A stretch of 64,000 nucleotides of DNA from Dudresnaya verticillata (Eukaryota): the NCBI GenBank assembly GCA_977862235.1, contig OZ374562.1, positions 868,001 through 932,000 on the forward strand. The letters are read 5' to 3'. Positions within the stretch are counted from its first letter, which is position 1, and each line of letters starts with the position of its first letter. Positions 13,201 through 25,013 of the stretch are shown piece by piece. The position numbers and the translations under genes were made by a program. The notes beneath the pieces are model-generated. The model had not been told where the DNA came from, did no database searches, and worked only from the letters and a program-made list of their open reading frames with translations.

Positions 13201-14263
13201 TTCTGAGTAATACGAGAGACCGTGACTGTGACAATCCTGAAATCAGACACTTTCCACTAGTGCAGCTCTTTTACAACAGGACTGGCTAGCAATAGATGTT
13301 AAGCTTTACGCTATCATTTGGAGGTATTCATAATACATTATGGGTTATCTAGAGCTGTCTAAGTTCATTACACCAGCAGATAATCTTCTGATACCAAGCG
13401 GCGAAGAGTTGCGTGCACACCTATTATGAGACGTGATCAGCTTGTTGTGGTCACCTAAATGTTTCTTTGTGCAACTTTTCCCTCCTATTTCTCCACCATG
13501 CTTTCTCGTAGGCCGAACAGTCTTTGACTCGCGGAAACACTGTTTGTAAGGAACGACTGTACAAACTTGATGGTCGAATAAAAAAGTTTCGGTCCTGGTT
13601 GCGAGATTTTTATCAGCTTCAAAGTGCAGGTCGCAGTGGAGCAAGGGCAATGGGCACACACAAGCAGACCTTGCCCAAATCGGCACTTCTCTCCGTCTTG
13701 GACCATCAAGATCGGAAGCTTGCGCCGTCGAGATCGAAAGCTTGCAGTTCAGTGGTACTACGTCACGATACCTCCCAGTTTCCTCTCAAGCGCGCCTCAT
13801 GCTCGCTCGCTCCTCTTGTTTTCTGCTGCTTCACACAAAATCGTACCACCCGTATCGAACCTGAATATCCCTGAGAGATAGCGGAAGCCCTCAGCATGAT
13901 CCAAGCGACATATCAGGAAGAAATTTCCATTCCCCTCCGGAAAGAGCACTCGATAAAGCCTGAGCGACAGCGCACAACCCGAAATATTGTCTGCAAATAG
14001 TGCTTCGAGTAGCGGACGCTAGCCACACAGGAAGTCACTCTAAACAAAAGACCAATAATCAAACTTAATCTTACTTACACAAAACATCCATACCTTCTGG
14101 AAAGTCTCCGCGATAAGTTCACGAATCGGAACATGAATGGAAAGCTTTCGCAACCGAGAACAGCAAAGAAACAATATCGACAAACCTCGCACTGCTCCGA
14201 AAGGAACCGATTAACGCCCCCGAACACTTTGACCGTCTTACTGATACCCGTGACACATGTTCC

Positions 14264-15972
14264 TTACTTCCTGGAAGCCTTATTGAGATTGTTTTCTCTG
14301 ATGGTGCGAAGCCAGTCCTCCAGTGTGGAGCCCACCCTGTCCAATCCTCCAAGGGCTGTATGTGTGCGTAAGAATTCCTCACATTTCTCTTCAAGACCTT
14401 GAGATAGCCCTGAGAGTGGGACCTCAAAAGCACAAGATGTCGTTGTCCTTGCATTCACACGTACATAAAGAAAGAGAGTTGGGATACTGTGGCCAATTCT
14501 TGGAGTCCGAAGTGAAACTATGAGGAGGTCACGGAACTCTTCAACCACAAGCACCAAGCCAGGATTCCTCTGCTCGAAAGCCTCGCATTCACGCATCACG
14601 GCCTCCTTTGAAATAGGTTGCACGCTAATACTCGATAGTCCATCTGAACCTGCTGTAGAAGGGAAATCAGCCCTAGGGGAAGACGGCCGCAGTTGACCAT
14701 CAGATCTAGGACAAATTTTCCTTGCACCTTCAGTAGGCCTTGTACCGACATCACTCTGATTTCCAACTCGGAGTAGAGCACTGACTCCAGATCCATCTCC
14801 TCGTAATTCTTCGTTGAATCTATTGCGCGAAGCTTCTGTTTCCGGAACACCATTCGGGGATACAGGGTCCTGTCCTTGAGAGCTACTCGGGTCCCTCAGA
14901 GTGACTGCCTTCCCTGCGACAAATTCATGGACGTCTTGACCTGGTGAGGAAGTAACGTCTCGTGGAAGCTGCTGAGCAACATTCTGCCCGACTTCATTCC
15001 TCCGTGAACTTGGCGGCATGGGAAGGTTGAGCTGGACAGGAAGGTCAATGTCGAGATCTCCAGACAGAGCTCTTCGATGGTTCCCGATATTGGGATTGGT
15101 CCCGCTAACGACGGGAGAAGATTTCGAAGTAATACCTGAAGACTTCTGCCCGCGGCCTGCAATCTCTCCAGCCTGACGGAGAGCTTCTCTCATGAACTCC
15201 TCATGATTGACTAGCGCTTCGTACGCTATCTGCAGAGAGTCAACTCCTTGTGGCACACGGTCAGTTTCTTCTTGCAACTGCCGCGGTGGATTGAGCTCAA
15301 GGTGACACTGACCCGCATTCACGACGTCACATGCATGCAGAGGCACCGAATCGATACTTTTGGACGGTAAGGTCGATGCAGTTCCGGCCCTCAACTTGCT
15401 GCCGTCGCGCCCTTTCATGGCGTTACCCAAGCTCTGAGCCGGGTTTGCTGGACCTGCCACAACATCCTTCGGTTCTTCGGACACGTTCCATGGGTTGCCT
15501 TGCCTTTTCCTTGGACCTTGAGTTGCCCCTGCAACATCGCGGTCCCAGCGGTCATCCTGGATGGCTAAATAGGGTAGTTCGACGCAGACACAACCTGTTC
15601 TGGCTGCCTCAAAGCCTATGACCTTACGATTGATGTAGTCCATGTAGTCTTGAAGAGACGACTGGCTCCGGAAGGCGTGTCCTTCGAGGGTCGATACCTT
15701 CTCCACAAGCATTTGCGGGTCGACCTCGGGAGCCAGACCTTTTCGCAGGGAATGGCAATGGCGTAGAATAGGAAGAGTTAGTTTCGGATAGTGAGGTGTC
15801 ACCATCTGCAATGTTTTGGCCCTTCAGTGAATCGTGCAGCGCGGATAGCCAGAAACATACCTTGGAGCTTGGCCATTACAAGCTGGCAGAACAACTCGCG
15901 GTTTGATACAGGAAGGTCGTTCCGCCAGTCGCGGGATCTAGGTGACAGCTCTTCGGCATCGGGCTTCGCCAT
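14264..15972 (-). CDS. KIX-domain protein, MED15-like (copy A); exons 15972-15861 and 15738-14264, about 528 aa
   Basis: N-terminal DWRNDLPVSNRELFCQLVMAKLQGL...VEKVSTLEGHAFRSQSSLQDYMDYINRKV fits the plant-type MED15 KIX pattern. Intron GTATGT(15860)...CTAAC...AAG(15739) gives an in-frame 1587-nt CDS. Confidence 0.8.
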
Positions 15973-17666
15973 CTCGCTAACGTAGCACCGCGGCTGTAGA
16001 TGCAGAAGTGGTGTAGGGGTGGGTTAAGCAGAAGAGTGAGTGAGGGAAGAGGGAGACGGGTGATGGAGTGCTGTCGTCAACGTTTCGTCTGCATTGCACA
16101 AGAGAGCGGGAAGGAGCAGCCAGTGCTGCAGTCGTCTCCGAATGTTTTTAGATCGCTTTCTCGACAAAGCCTCGCGCTGCAGAGTTTTTTTTACAAATAT
16201 TCGAAAGTTTTCTGACAAACCTCATTCCCGGCCAAACTCTATAAATGAAAACTTTCCTGCACTGGACTTAGCGTTTGAAGGCACCAACTGGCATACCGCT
16301 AATGCTTCACACAGGCCATCGCAAACTGCGCCACCAGACCTCTGCTGTACTCGGGGTTGACGAGACCCGCGTTGCAATCCCCACTGCTCGGATGGCGATT
16401 GTCTCCCGGCCGCCTGCTCACCGCCATTGCTATCGCTACCTTCCTCGTCATACGCAGCGAGGCGCCTTGCACAGTGTTTCCCAGGCTCTTTCATTGCCCA
16501 ATAAAGCAATAGAACTGCAGAAAAGCCACCTTCATGCCCTTGGAGAAAGAAGAAAATGCAATTGCTGAATACTGCAACATCTCGCCGACGTTCAATGGCA
16601 ACACTGTGAACCCACTTATTTGGCTGTTCTGACAGAAACCTTCTCTGTATATTTCCCGAGTGTGCCGAGTGCTCGCTCTGAAAGCTACACTACCTTTTCC
16701 TCCGCCTGCAGCAGTCTTACACGAAAATGCCATAACCTCATGATCGAATGTATTCTTCGTCGTGGTGCAGTAGTTTTCAGTTTGCGCTATTTCGTGCAAT
16801 TAAAGACAGTCGCGGTAGCTTGCTCATTCATGCTCATCTTTCGGAAGGTGACGCAAGAAAAAGCGGTAGACAAATTGCGACGGGAAGCCCAAATTGTTCT
16901 ATTATAGGTGCCTCAATGTCGAGCTTCCTTAAAGTGAAGCATTGTAGCCCAACAGTGGTTTCACTCTGACAGTCTCCGTTCTGGCAAGATCCTATAGCCT
17001 CGATTGGAATCTAACGCCATCTGCCTAATCGACTTAGTGCATGTGCATCTTTATCCCTTTCTTTTAACAGCTGTCATTCCAGGTATCATGTACAGTACTC
17101 CACTTTTCTGTTCAACTGCAGCCTCGCTGTACAAGTTTCGGAAATGATCCCGAGCGTGACATGAAATTTGTATAGTGCAGAAAGTCCCTCTCGATAGCTA
17201 TCCTTTGCGAGACACGCATGAAAACCTTACGGATTAAAGTTGATAGACGGTACAAATTTCATAATTGTGTGAGTTGAAGCAGTCATCCCTTTTTCTAAGA
17301 CTCCCCAATGTCTGCCGCTGTTCATGAGGGTCTCCTATGTCGCATTTCACCCTTGAAGTAGCCAAGCTTTTGCTGAACAAAATCAGCAGCAACACCACAA
17401 GCAACTGAATGAAATTGCGGCTATATGTAACAGAGCTAAACGATCTTTCTCCTTTGTACGACTGGCCTTCTGTTGCCTACTCTACGAGTCCATTTCAGTT
17501 AATCTCGGTAAGATTATCGCTGCTAATCTCACAGGATCCTAACCCTGGTGCTCCACGGACCATGTTACGAAAGTCCAGATCCATCTCCTGAAGAGTGTCC
17601 GTTCTCCCTTCCTCCAGTTCCAGACTCTTCAATTTCCTCTGCAAAGCCTTGTCGATACATGCACAG

Positions 17667-19500
17667 TCAAGCATGTTTGGTTCTCATATCATTAATGCTC
17701 GGATGTGCCGCGATAACATGGAGCCAGTCTTCCAGTATGGAGCCAACACCATCGCTCCCGCCAAGGGTCGTATGTCCCAATAAAAAGTCCTGATATTTCT
17801 CTGCAAAGCCACATGCTATCCCTGTGGGCGGGATGTCCAGAGCACACGATATCGCTGTCCTTGCGTTCACACGAATATAGAGAAAAAGTGCAGGGATCGC
17901 ATTATCAATGCTTGGGACACGAAGCGAAACTTCGACAAGCACTCCGTGTTCTTCAATCAAAGTCTCCAAACCCGGATTCCTTCGCATGAATGCCTTGCAC
18001 TCGCGAACCACCCCCTCCTTCGAAAAAGACTGCACGTTGATGCTCACAGCCTCGTGTACTTCTGCTGAAGGGGCATGGACTTGGGTGGTAGGCTGCCCCA
18101 ACGGCTCCAAAGATTCAGAACGAGCACGAGGTTTCTCCACAATGACACCAGGCCCTGTCCCAATGTTAATATCGCTTCCAACAACGTGAGGAGCACTGGA
18201 TCCAAATCCACGCCCTTCTAAGCCTGTAGTGCTTCCACAGTTGTTCTCAGCTAGCTGAACCGTTCTTCTCATTTCCTCCAATTGCTGTGTTGCAATCAAT
18301 GCCGATTTTAACGATGACGTAGCTGAAGTGGAGCTTTGACGCGCAAGGTACTCGATTGGCAGCCCTTCGCAGATCTTCAGGAGCTTCTCAATGAAGTTCT
18401 CAATATTCGAAACCCTACTCATAGAATACGGCTCTTCGGCCGGTAACGGAACGTCTTTGTGCAGAAGCTCCCTGCTGATGGCAATGTATTTCTTGAGTGC
18501 GCTCAAGCTCATGGGGCAGTTGCTGCTCTCCAAGCAGGACCATATCTCATCCACTTTTCTCTTGTACTTTGTTTGCATGGTCTTCACTCTCGTGGAGATG
18601 GTTAAAGAAGAATCAATGCTACCCTCAGTCGATCCTTGGGACTTGTTCTGCAGCTTTTCGGGTACAACGTTAGGAAAAGTGTGGTTTCGATTCCGCTTTC
18701 TCGGACGAGGGACTTTGAATATCGGTTCCGTTGACCCGGCAGTTGGAGGGTCTTCGTCGGACTTGCCCGGTGACGCTCTTGAAATGCCGGACTCCGTATC
18801 TTGAACGGGCATCGCGACTCCATGAGCGTCCGGCAGGGATGAACGTGGATCTATGTTTGCAGTCGGGGTGTCCATCTCAACTTCTTCCAATGGCGTTACA
18901 AATTTGCTGGGCCCGACGTTGCCCACTTCCTGAGACGGGCCACCAGCTCTCGTCGCAGCTCTTCCATCCACGCACTCCTGGGTACTGTTTTTGATCCCTT
19001 GAGTTGTAAAGGCGACGCCTCGATCCCAACGGTCATCGCAGACGACTAAGTAAGGTAAATTAGCACAGGGACTACCTGTTTTGACGGCCTCGAATTGATA
19101 AACCCTACTATTGATGTAATCAATGTAGTCCTGAAGGGTCGCACTAGTGCGTAAAGCGTATCCTTCGAGCTCCGCAACTTTCTCCACGAGGATCTTCGGA
19201 TCAAACGCAGGCTCAAGGCCTGTACAAAGAGTATTGCAACGGCACGGAGTAAGAGAAACGTTAGCATTAGACTGGGATGATAGGTTCGGCCAATGAGCCT
19301 AAGCAGCTGCAGAGAGTTGTGCTATGGTTGAATTGGTTCACGTAAATAGCTAAGAGCTTACCTTGGAGCTTGGCCACTACTAGCTGACAGAAAAGCGCTC
19401 TTTCCGAGTCAGAAAGGTTAGCGCGCCAGTCACGTGGTTCGGAACCGGCAGCACCATTCCCAGAGGTGCCACGGCTCGCAGACCCATTCTGATTGTCCAT
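17667..19500 (-). CDS. KIX-domain protein, MED15-like (copy B); exons 19500-19362 and 19219-17667, about 563 aa
   Basis: DWRANLSDSERALFCQLVVAKLQGL...VAELEGYALRTSATLQDYIDYINSRV. Intron GTAAGC(19361)...CTAAC...CAG(19220); 1692 nt in frame. The C-terminal ~110 aa are clearly paralogous to copy A. Confidence 0.8.
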
Positions 19501-20293
19501 GATACCGTGTTAAGTTTGGTAGCGAAGACGAGAAGGGCTTGGGAATGATATCGGCTTCTCTCAACTGATCCTGCAAGTGCCCTTGCTGGGCAACTAGTTG
19601 CCGAAGAACAGCTGTTCTTCAGATGTCCACTGCGTAAACTTAGGAAAAGCGAAGACTTCTGCTGTTGCTGCTCGACAGGGATGACTAGAACAGCTGGTTA
19701 GAAGGACAGGGAGCGCAAGCCATCGATGAGTCTTTAAGAGGTCGCCGACCTGCCTGCTGGCCGGCCGGACGATCGTTTGACATTCGCATGTCGGTGTACA
19801 GACCGGCAAAGCTCAAAAAACGTAGGGAAAAGGAATCGCAGCGGTGTCCAATCGGAAAGGATTCTGCAACTGCAGAGCGCTTCGTGACGCCTGTAGGAAT
19901 ATTGGAGGGCTTACTGTTACAGTACGATATTTCAGCCAATGGCCGGGCTGGGGGCCGTGGCACCCGGGGTGCGGCGGGTGTCAATCAACTTGTACTCACC
20001 CAATAGCCGGTGAGTATACTCGCCGTTTTACCGGGCCACGGTACATATACTCATGCCTCTGATTGGCTGGTTCCAGCCAATCAGTGAAAAGTATACTCAC
20101 GGAAGACAGCTGTCCCATAAACGTAACGCAATTTGACGTAACGCAATGTTTCAAAAAGCGCGCGCATTGTGGCGGCGGCGATGATCCATCACCCCCCACC
20201 CCCACCACCGTCGCCACCCGTGCCCCCCGCGCCCCCGCCTGCCATCGCTCCACAGCCGCGACACCCCTGCGCCCTGCGCCTTCCCCTCTCAAC

Positions 20294-21133
20294 AATGCCT
20301 TTAGGAAACTGGTAGTCGATGCACACAAGACGGAATGAGTTCCTTGCGCATTTGCAGGAGGCTGGCGCGCTGTCAACAGATGAGGATCGAGCGACACTTC
20401 GATCCTACTACAAGACAATGGCTGGAAACGAGCCTATCGATGGGCGAAACCACATGTGGATCCACAAGACAGCCTCTCACTCGTTTTGGACTACCTGTAC
20501 ATTTAAAATGGCTATGTGCTATGTTGTTTTGGATCCTACCGTTTCTTTGTGTAGTATTCCTTTCAGTGAACGTCTTTTCAATGCGGCCACCAGGTACAGT
20601 CCTTCCGATGATGCCTACGACATACTATCGCAAATCGTATATCAGTTAGAGCAACTGATATAACATAGCTCTCGCCAGGAAAGTATTTTATCTACTCCCG
20701 TCTGTCAGAACCTACACTGGGGCCTTGTAGTCATTGAGGTAGAACTCGATTCCCAAGGTCGAAGGACACATCTGGAAAAGGCGCTATAAGCTGGGAAGAC
20801 AGATTGAACGCCTCACCACGTCGTGGAACCAAGCTAGCTTTGCTGACGTATATTTCGGACTGTCTAGAATCACCGTATCTCGGAGTATTATGGCGACGCT
20901 CGGCACACAATTGGATTACTCATAAGAGTATGTTGAATTGCGGAAAGCAGAAGGATGCCTTCAGTTGTTTTTTCTACGTAATTGCAGCGATAATTACATT
21001 TTGCAGGGATAAAGAATCTCGTGATGAGATTAATCGTTTGGAAGTGTTGCCATACACGCCATTATACAGCAAAGCAGCGACTATCGCGCTTTGGAACGCC
21101 TGTATCAGAATTATATCCCGGCGATCGAAATAA
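20294..21133 (+). pseudogene. Ulp1/SENP-like cysteine protease domain (peptidase C48), interrupted
   Basis: TPVCQNLHWGLVVIEV (His codon 20715) and CGKQKDAFSCFFYVI (Gln 20948, Cys 20966) match the Ulp1 P-x4-H-W and Q-x-D/N-x-x-x-C motifs. Stops and frameshifts lie between them. Confidence 0.7.
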
Positions 21134-21136
21134 GCA

Positions 21137-24100
21137 GTGCAGAGACGTGGCGGTGTGGATAAGAAGAAGATGGAGAGGGCCATGCACGCACTGATAAGGG
21201 AGAACTGGGCGTTTCCGTTTGCGAGAAGCCCACTACGGGGACCGCCTGCTGTGGTTACGCTTGATTCCAGTGAGTCACCACCTCTGACACCCAGCAAGTC
21301 CATTAGAACTAGGGCCCCCGAAACTCCCCACGATGTAAACGATAGGACATCTTTGCCAATTCCGAAACCGATCGCGCTGGGACAGCGCGGAGAATTGTCG
21401 AGAAATACATCTTATAGTTCTCAGGCCCGCCCCACCTCGCGGCGCAGTCCTAGTGCTGCTAAGCGATGCCCGAGGCTGGATAGCGGCAGTAGTTCCTTTT
21501 CTTCATCGCGGCGATGTGATTTTGAATTGTATGAGACAAACGAGCTTGCAGAAATGTCATCGGATGATTTCGAGTCCATGCGAGAGCTAATTGCAAAAGC
21601 TCGAGCTGCCGCCCAGAGAGCTCGACAAGACACAGAGGCGCAGGAGGCAGCGGAATCCCCGTCTCACAGTGCTTCCAAAACGGGCAGCGTATTTACAGAC
21701 TCGGTGCCTGCTCAGGCAGCGGAAAACCCGCCAGCACACCCGCAACGATATGTTGCTCCCCACTTCCCTGTCACAGCACCGAACGCTGGTGCAGTGGTGC
21801 CCACACGCCCCATGGTTCACCTACCTCGGTCTCGTGATTGCCGACCCCGTGATGCGGTGTTACCCACACGAGGGAAAACGCACTTCATTCGACGAGTCAG
21901 TGACTGTACTGAGTATGCAGCAAGTTTCGCCCGCCATGGATTCGTGTTCACAAAGAACTACGTGAGGCCTGTCAAAAGTGGCGACGAATACCACGATTGG
22001 AAGGTTCGGTTTAGATGCTTGAGACAAGTAACGCCGCACGCTGACCATGGCAAGTGTCCCGTTTCTTTCGTCTGTGATAGGAGGGTGGATGGTACTGGTT
22101 GGGATGTTTTTCGCCGCTGCCCGATGTTCATGCCGGGCATAATCATTCTGGCGAGACCAACACCTCTCGGTACAACTACGATCGCAAGATTGCCGAGTAC
22201 CGCGGTGACAAACTGCTATCCAAATTGCTGCGTGAGAACCTTGCAGATCGTGCCCTCGGCAGCAGCGAAGCCCAGTCCCGCAAACATTCTAATGTCCCCA
22301 GCTCCTGTTGGACTGCTACGTCTAGCCCACCAGAATCTTCATTTGCGCCGTCGAGTGGTCCATCAGGTAGCTGCAGTTTGCCCTCTCGATCGCTTGCGCC
22401 ACCAAGAAATCGGAAAATGATTGTGGGACTCGACAAGCAATGAGGGCAGCAGGAGCAGCTGTATTGGATTGGAGTGAAGGGTCAAGCGATGAAGAGATAG
22501 GGAGCTCTACGATTCGTATTCCGGCTGATAGCGGCTCTGATATCGCGAATGCCAGTGCTATGGGTTCAGGATGGGATGCTCGTGCGCCGCGTGAAGACGA
22601 GTTTGAAGACGTGCTGGGATTTGAGGCACTTAACAACCCTACTGCAGACATGCAGATGACCCTTCACTACTACCGTTTCGGAGTGCAGTCAGGAGTATGC
22701 ATCGATTGCAAAGCGAAAGGAAATGAATTTATGATGAACCTCGTCACAGTAAATGGTCGTACTAACTGCGGTAGAGTGCTTACAGCCATGATGGGCTTTC
22801 TATCGGATGAGACGACAGAAAGTTTTTCTTGGCTATTCCAAACATTTAAGGACTGCTACGTCTTAATGCCGGCCATGGTGGCAATGGACCAGACTGCTTC
22901 GTGTATGCTTGCTTGCCGGAGTGTCCTCAGATCTTCTTATGTGACCCTAGACGAATGGCACTTGAACCAGAACCAAAGACGAAACGTGATGTGCTATCTG
23001 CAAAGCGTGCGAAAGCCAAATAGATTCCATGAGATGACGGCGGAATTGTTCATTCTCAGTAGATTCCATGAGATGACGGCGGAATTGTTCATTCTCAGAA
23101 GGTCTTCTACCACGGAAAAGTTCCTGGAGAGCGATGTTCGAATCGAAGTATTTCACGGCATATCGAATGCCAAATCCGAAGTGGTTCAACTACCTCTACT
23201 ACACCGAGGCATCCACTCTTATCGATTGTTACAATAAGAGTGCTTGCAATCCGCGGTTTCTGTTCCAGGGCAGCGGATATACCGAGGCATCCAACTCTGA
23301 GTACCGAGAAGTCGTTTCGGGGAAGAAGGTTGCAATGGAGATAGTACCACTGCTTATGCGCCGAGTAACAGCGAAGAGGAGGGATGTGAGGGCTTATGAA
23401 AGGGTTAAGAAGCGATCCCCTGCATATGCTGCGAAGTCCTCAACTACTTGCGGAATGTCGAGCGAGACGGTAGCAAACTTTTGTAAGACATACACGAAGT
23501 ATGCCCTCGACATGTTCCACAAACTAAGCGTGATTAAATCCACGGAATTCACTGTGTTAGAGTCTTTCACAGAGAGAAGGAAGCTCACTGAAATAGGTAT
23601 GCAACCGGGCAGTCGCACGTCGCCAACTGGGGAATATGACGTGGCTGTGTTCCGTGTTGGTTGGCGTCGCAATGTTTCCAACCCAACCATGCCATTTTCC
23701 AGGCGTACACGTCACGTAGCGAATCCTTCGAGCGTGCCTGCCCCGCCTTCACAAACACGCAGTCAGCCTTCAACACACTTCTATTCAGCTCTCATGGATA
23801 TTAGCCGGAGACTCGGTCGCGGATCAAGAGCTGTCGGTGATGTAGGGGAGGCGGAGGATTTCATGTAAGGCGAGAGTGGGGGGAGTTGGAGGGTAGCACC
23901 GCTCCGATCGTTGCGGTTGCAGCCGCAGCGCCCGGAAATGTTACAGATCCTCCAGCAAGCACGCAGCAAGACCATACCGTGAATGATTTTGATGACGTAG
24001 GGGAGCTTGCATCTGCCCTTTCCACGATGGAAGAAGATCATCCTCTTGTTTCGTACAGCATCAGCTACGAAGTTGTTGTCTTCCACAGTGACGATCTTGG

Positions 24101-25013
24101 TACAGATATAGCTGTACTTGCAGGTTTTCAAACAGTGCGGGATTCCCATGCCCGCACATGGTCAGTTGCCGCCGTCTACGACGAGACCAGAGCTCTTGTT
24201 CCGTCTATTACGAGACTGATAGGATCCGTAGTGCCGATCGAACTTCTATTTCACTCGTATTGGTTCCTTGACGACTCAAAACGCACACAGAATGACATTC
24301 AAGCTGAAAGGAATGTGCTGCTGGACAACTGGAGAAGGGACAGCGGATTCAGCACAGAAGTTGGGGCAACTCTCGACGCAGTCCGTGACAACATCCGTGA
24401 TACTAGGAGAGTACAGGTAGGTGGACGTCAAGTCGTAGGTGCCGATGAGGCGGAGGATGAAGTACAACGACAGCAGCGAGTTGTACAGTCCGAGGTTACG
24501 CGTCAGGCAACTTGGGCTGGTGCTTCAAGCCTTTGTAACGAGATGCATTGATTGGCATCAAATGGAGGGGAGGAAAGGGTTAGGGACTTCATGCTAAGCT
24601 TGCAACATGGCCTAGACCTGTTGAGAGAGGGCAGGTCCCCAAGTTATACTAATCGTGTGGGCTTGCATTCGTCACAAACAGTGCGAAATCGACCTCCTCG
24701 GGGAAGCCGGCCCGCTGCCATGCATTACAGCGCACCACAGAGAGCTGGGTTCCAACCTGTGATGGTTAGGGAGATTGAAATTAGGGGCCACGGAGACTTC
24801 CAAGTCCTAAATCCAAACCTGGTCTCTGGACTTAGAGGGCGCGGCGTGAAGCGCATCAGGTCCTCCATGGAGCCTCCTCGTCGAAGGAGGCGTGGTAATG
24901 ACGGTAATGGCAACGCACCCCAATTTAGTAACACAATAATGCTTTGTAGCGCATGGGCTGCACCTATGGATATCTACATCTCGATCCATCGATGTCCCTC
25001 TCACTTATCATGA
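21137..25013 (+). pseudogene. FAR1/MuDRA-type MULE transposase, frameshifted
   Basis: FAR1-like DNA-binding segment (GFVFTK...RFRC...KCP...W...HNH, ~21900-22150). DDE core IDCKAKGN...FLSDETTESFSWLF.TF...MDQ...LDEWHLNQN (22690-22980). SWIM finger CTCRFSNSAGFPCPH at 24113-24157 in an alternative frame. Confidence 0.88.
23021..23098 (+). repeat. exact 39-bp tandem duplication in the transposase
   Basis: TAGATTCCATGAGATGACGGCGGAATTGTTCATTCTCAG occurs twice in a row. Confidence 0.95.
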
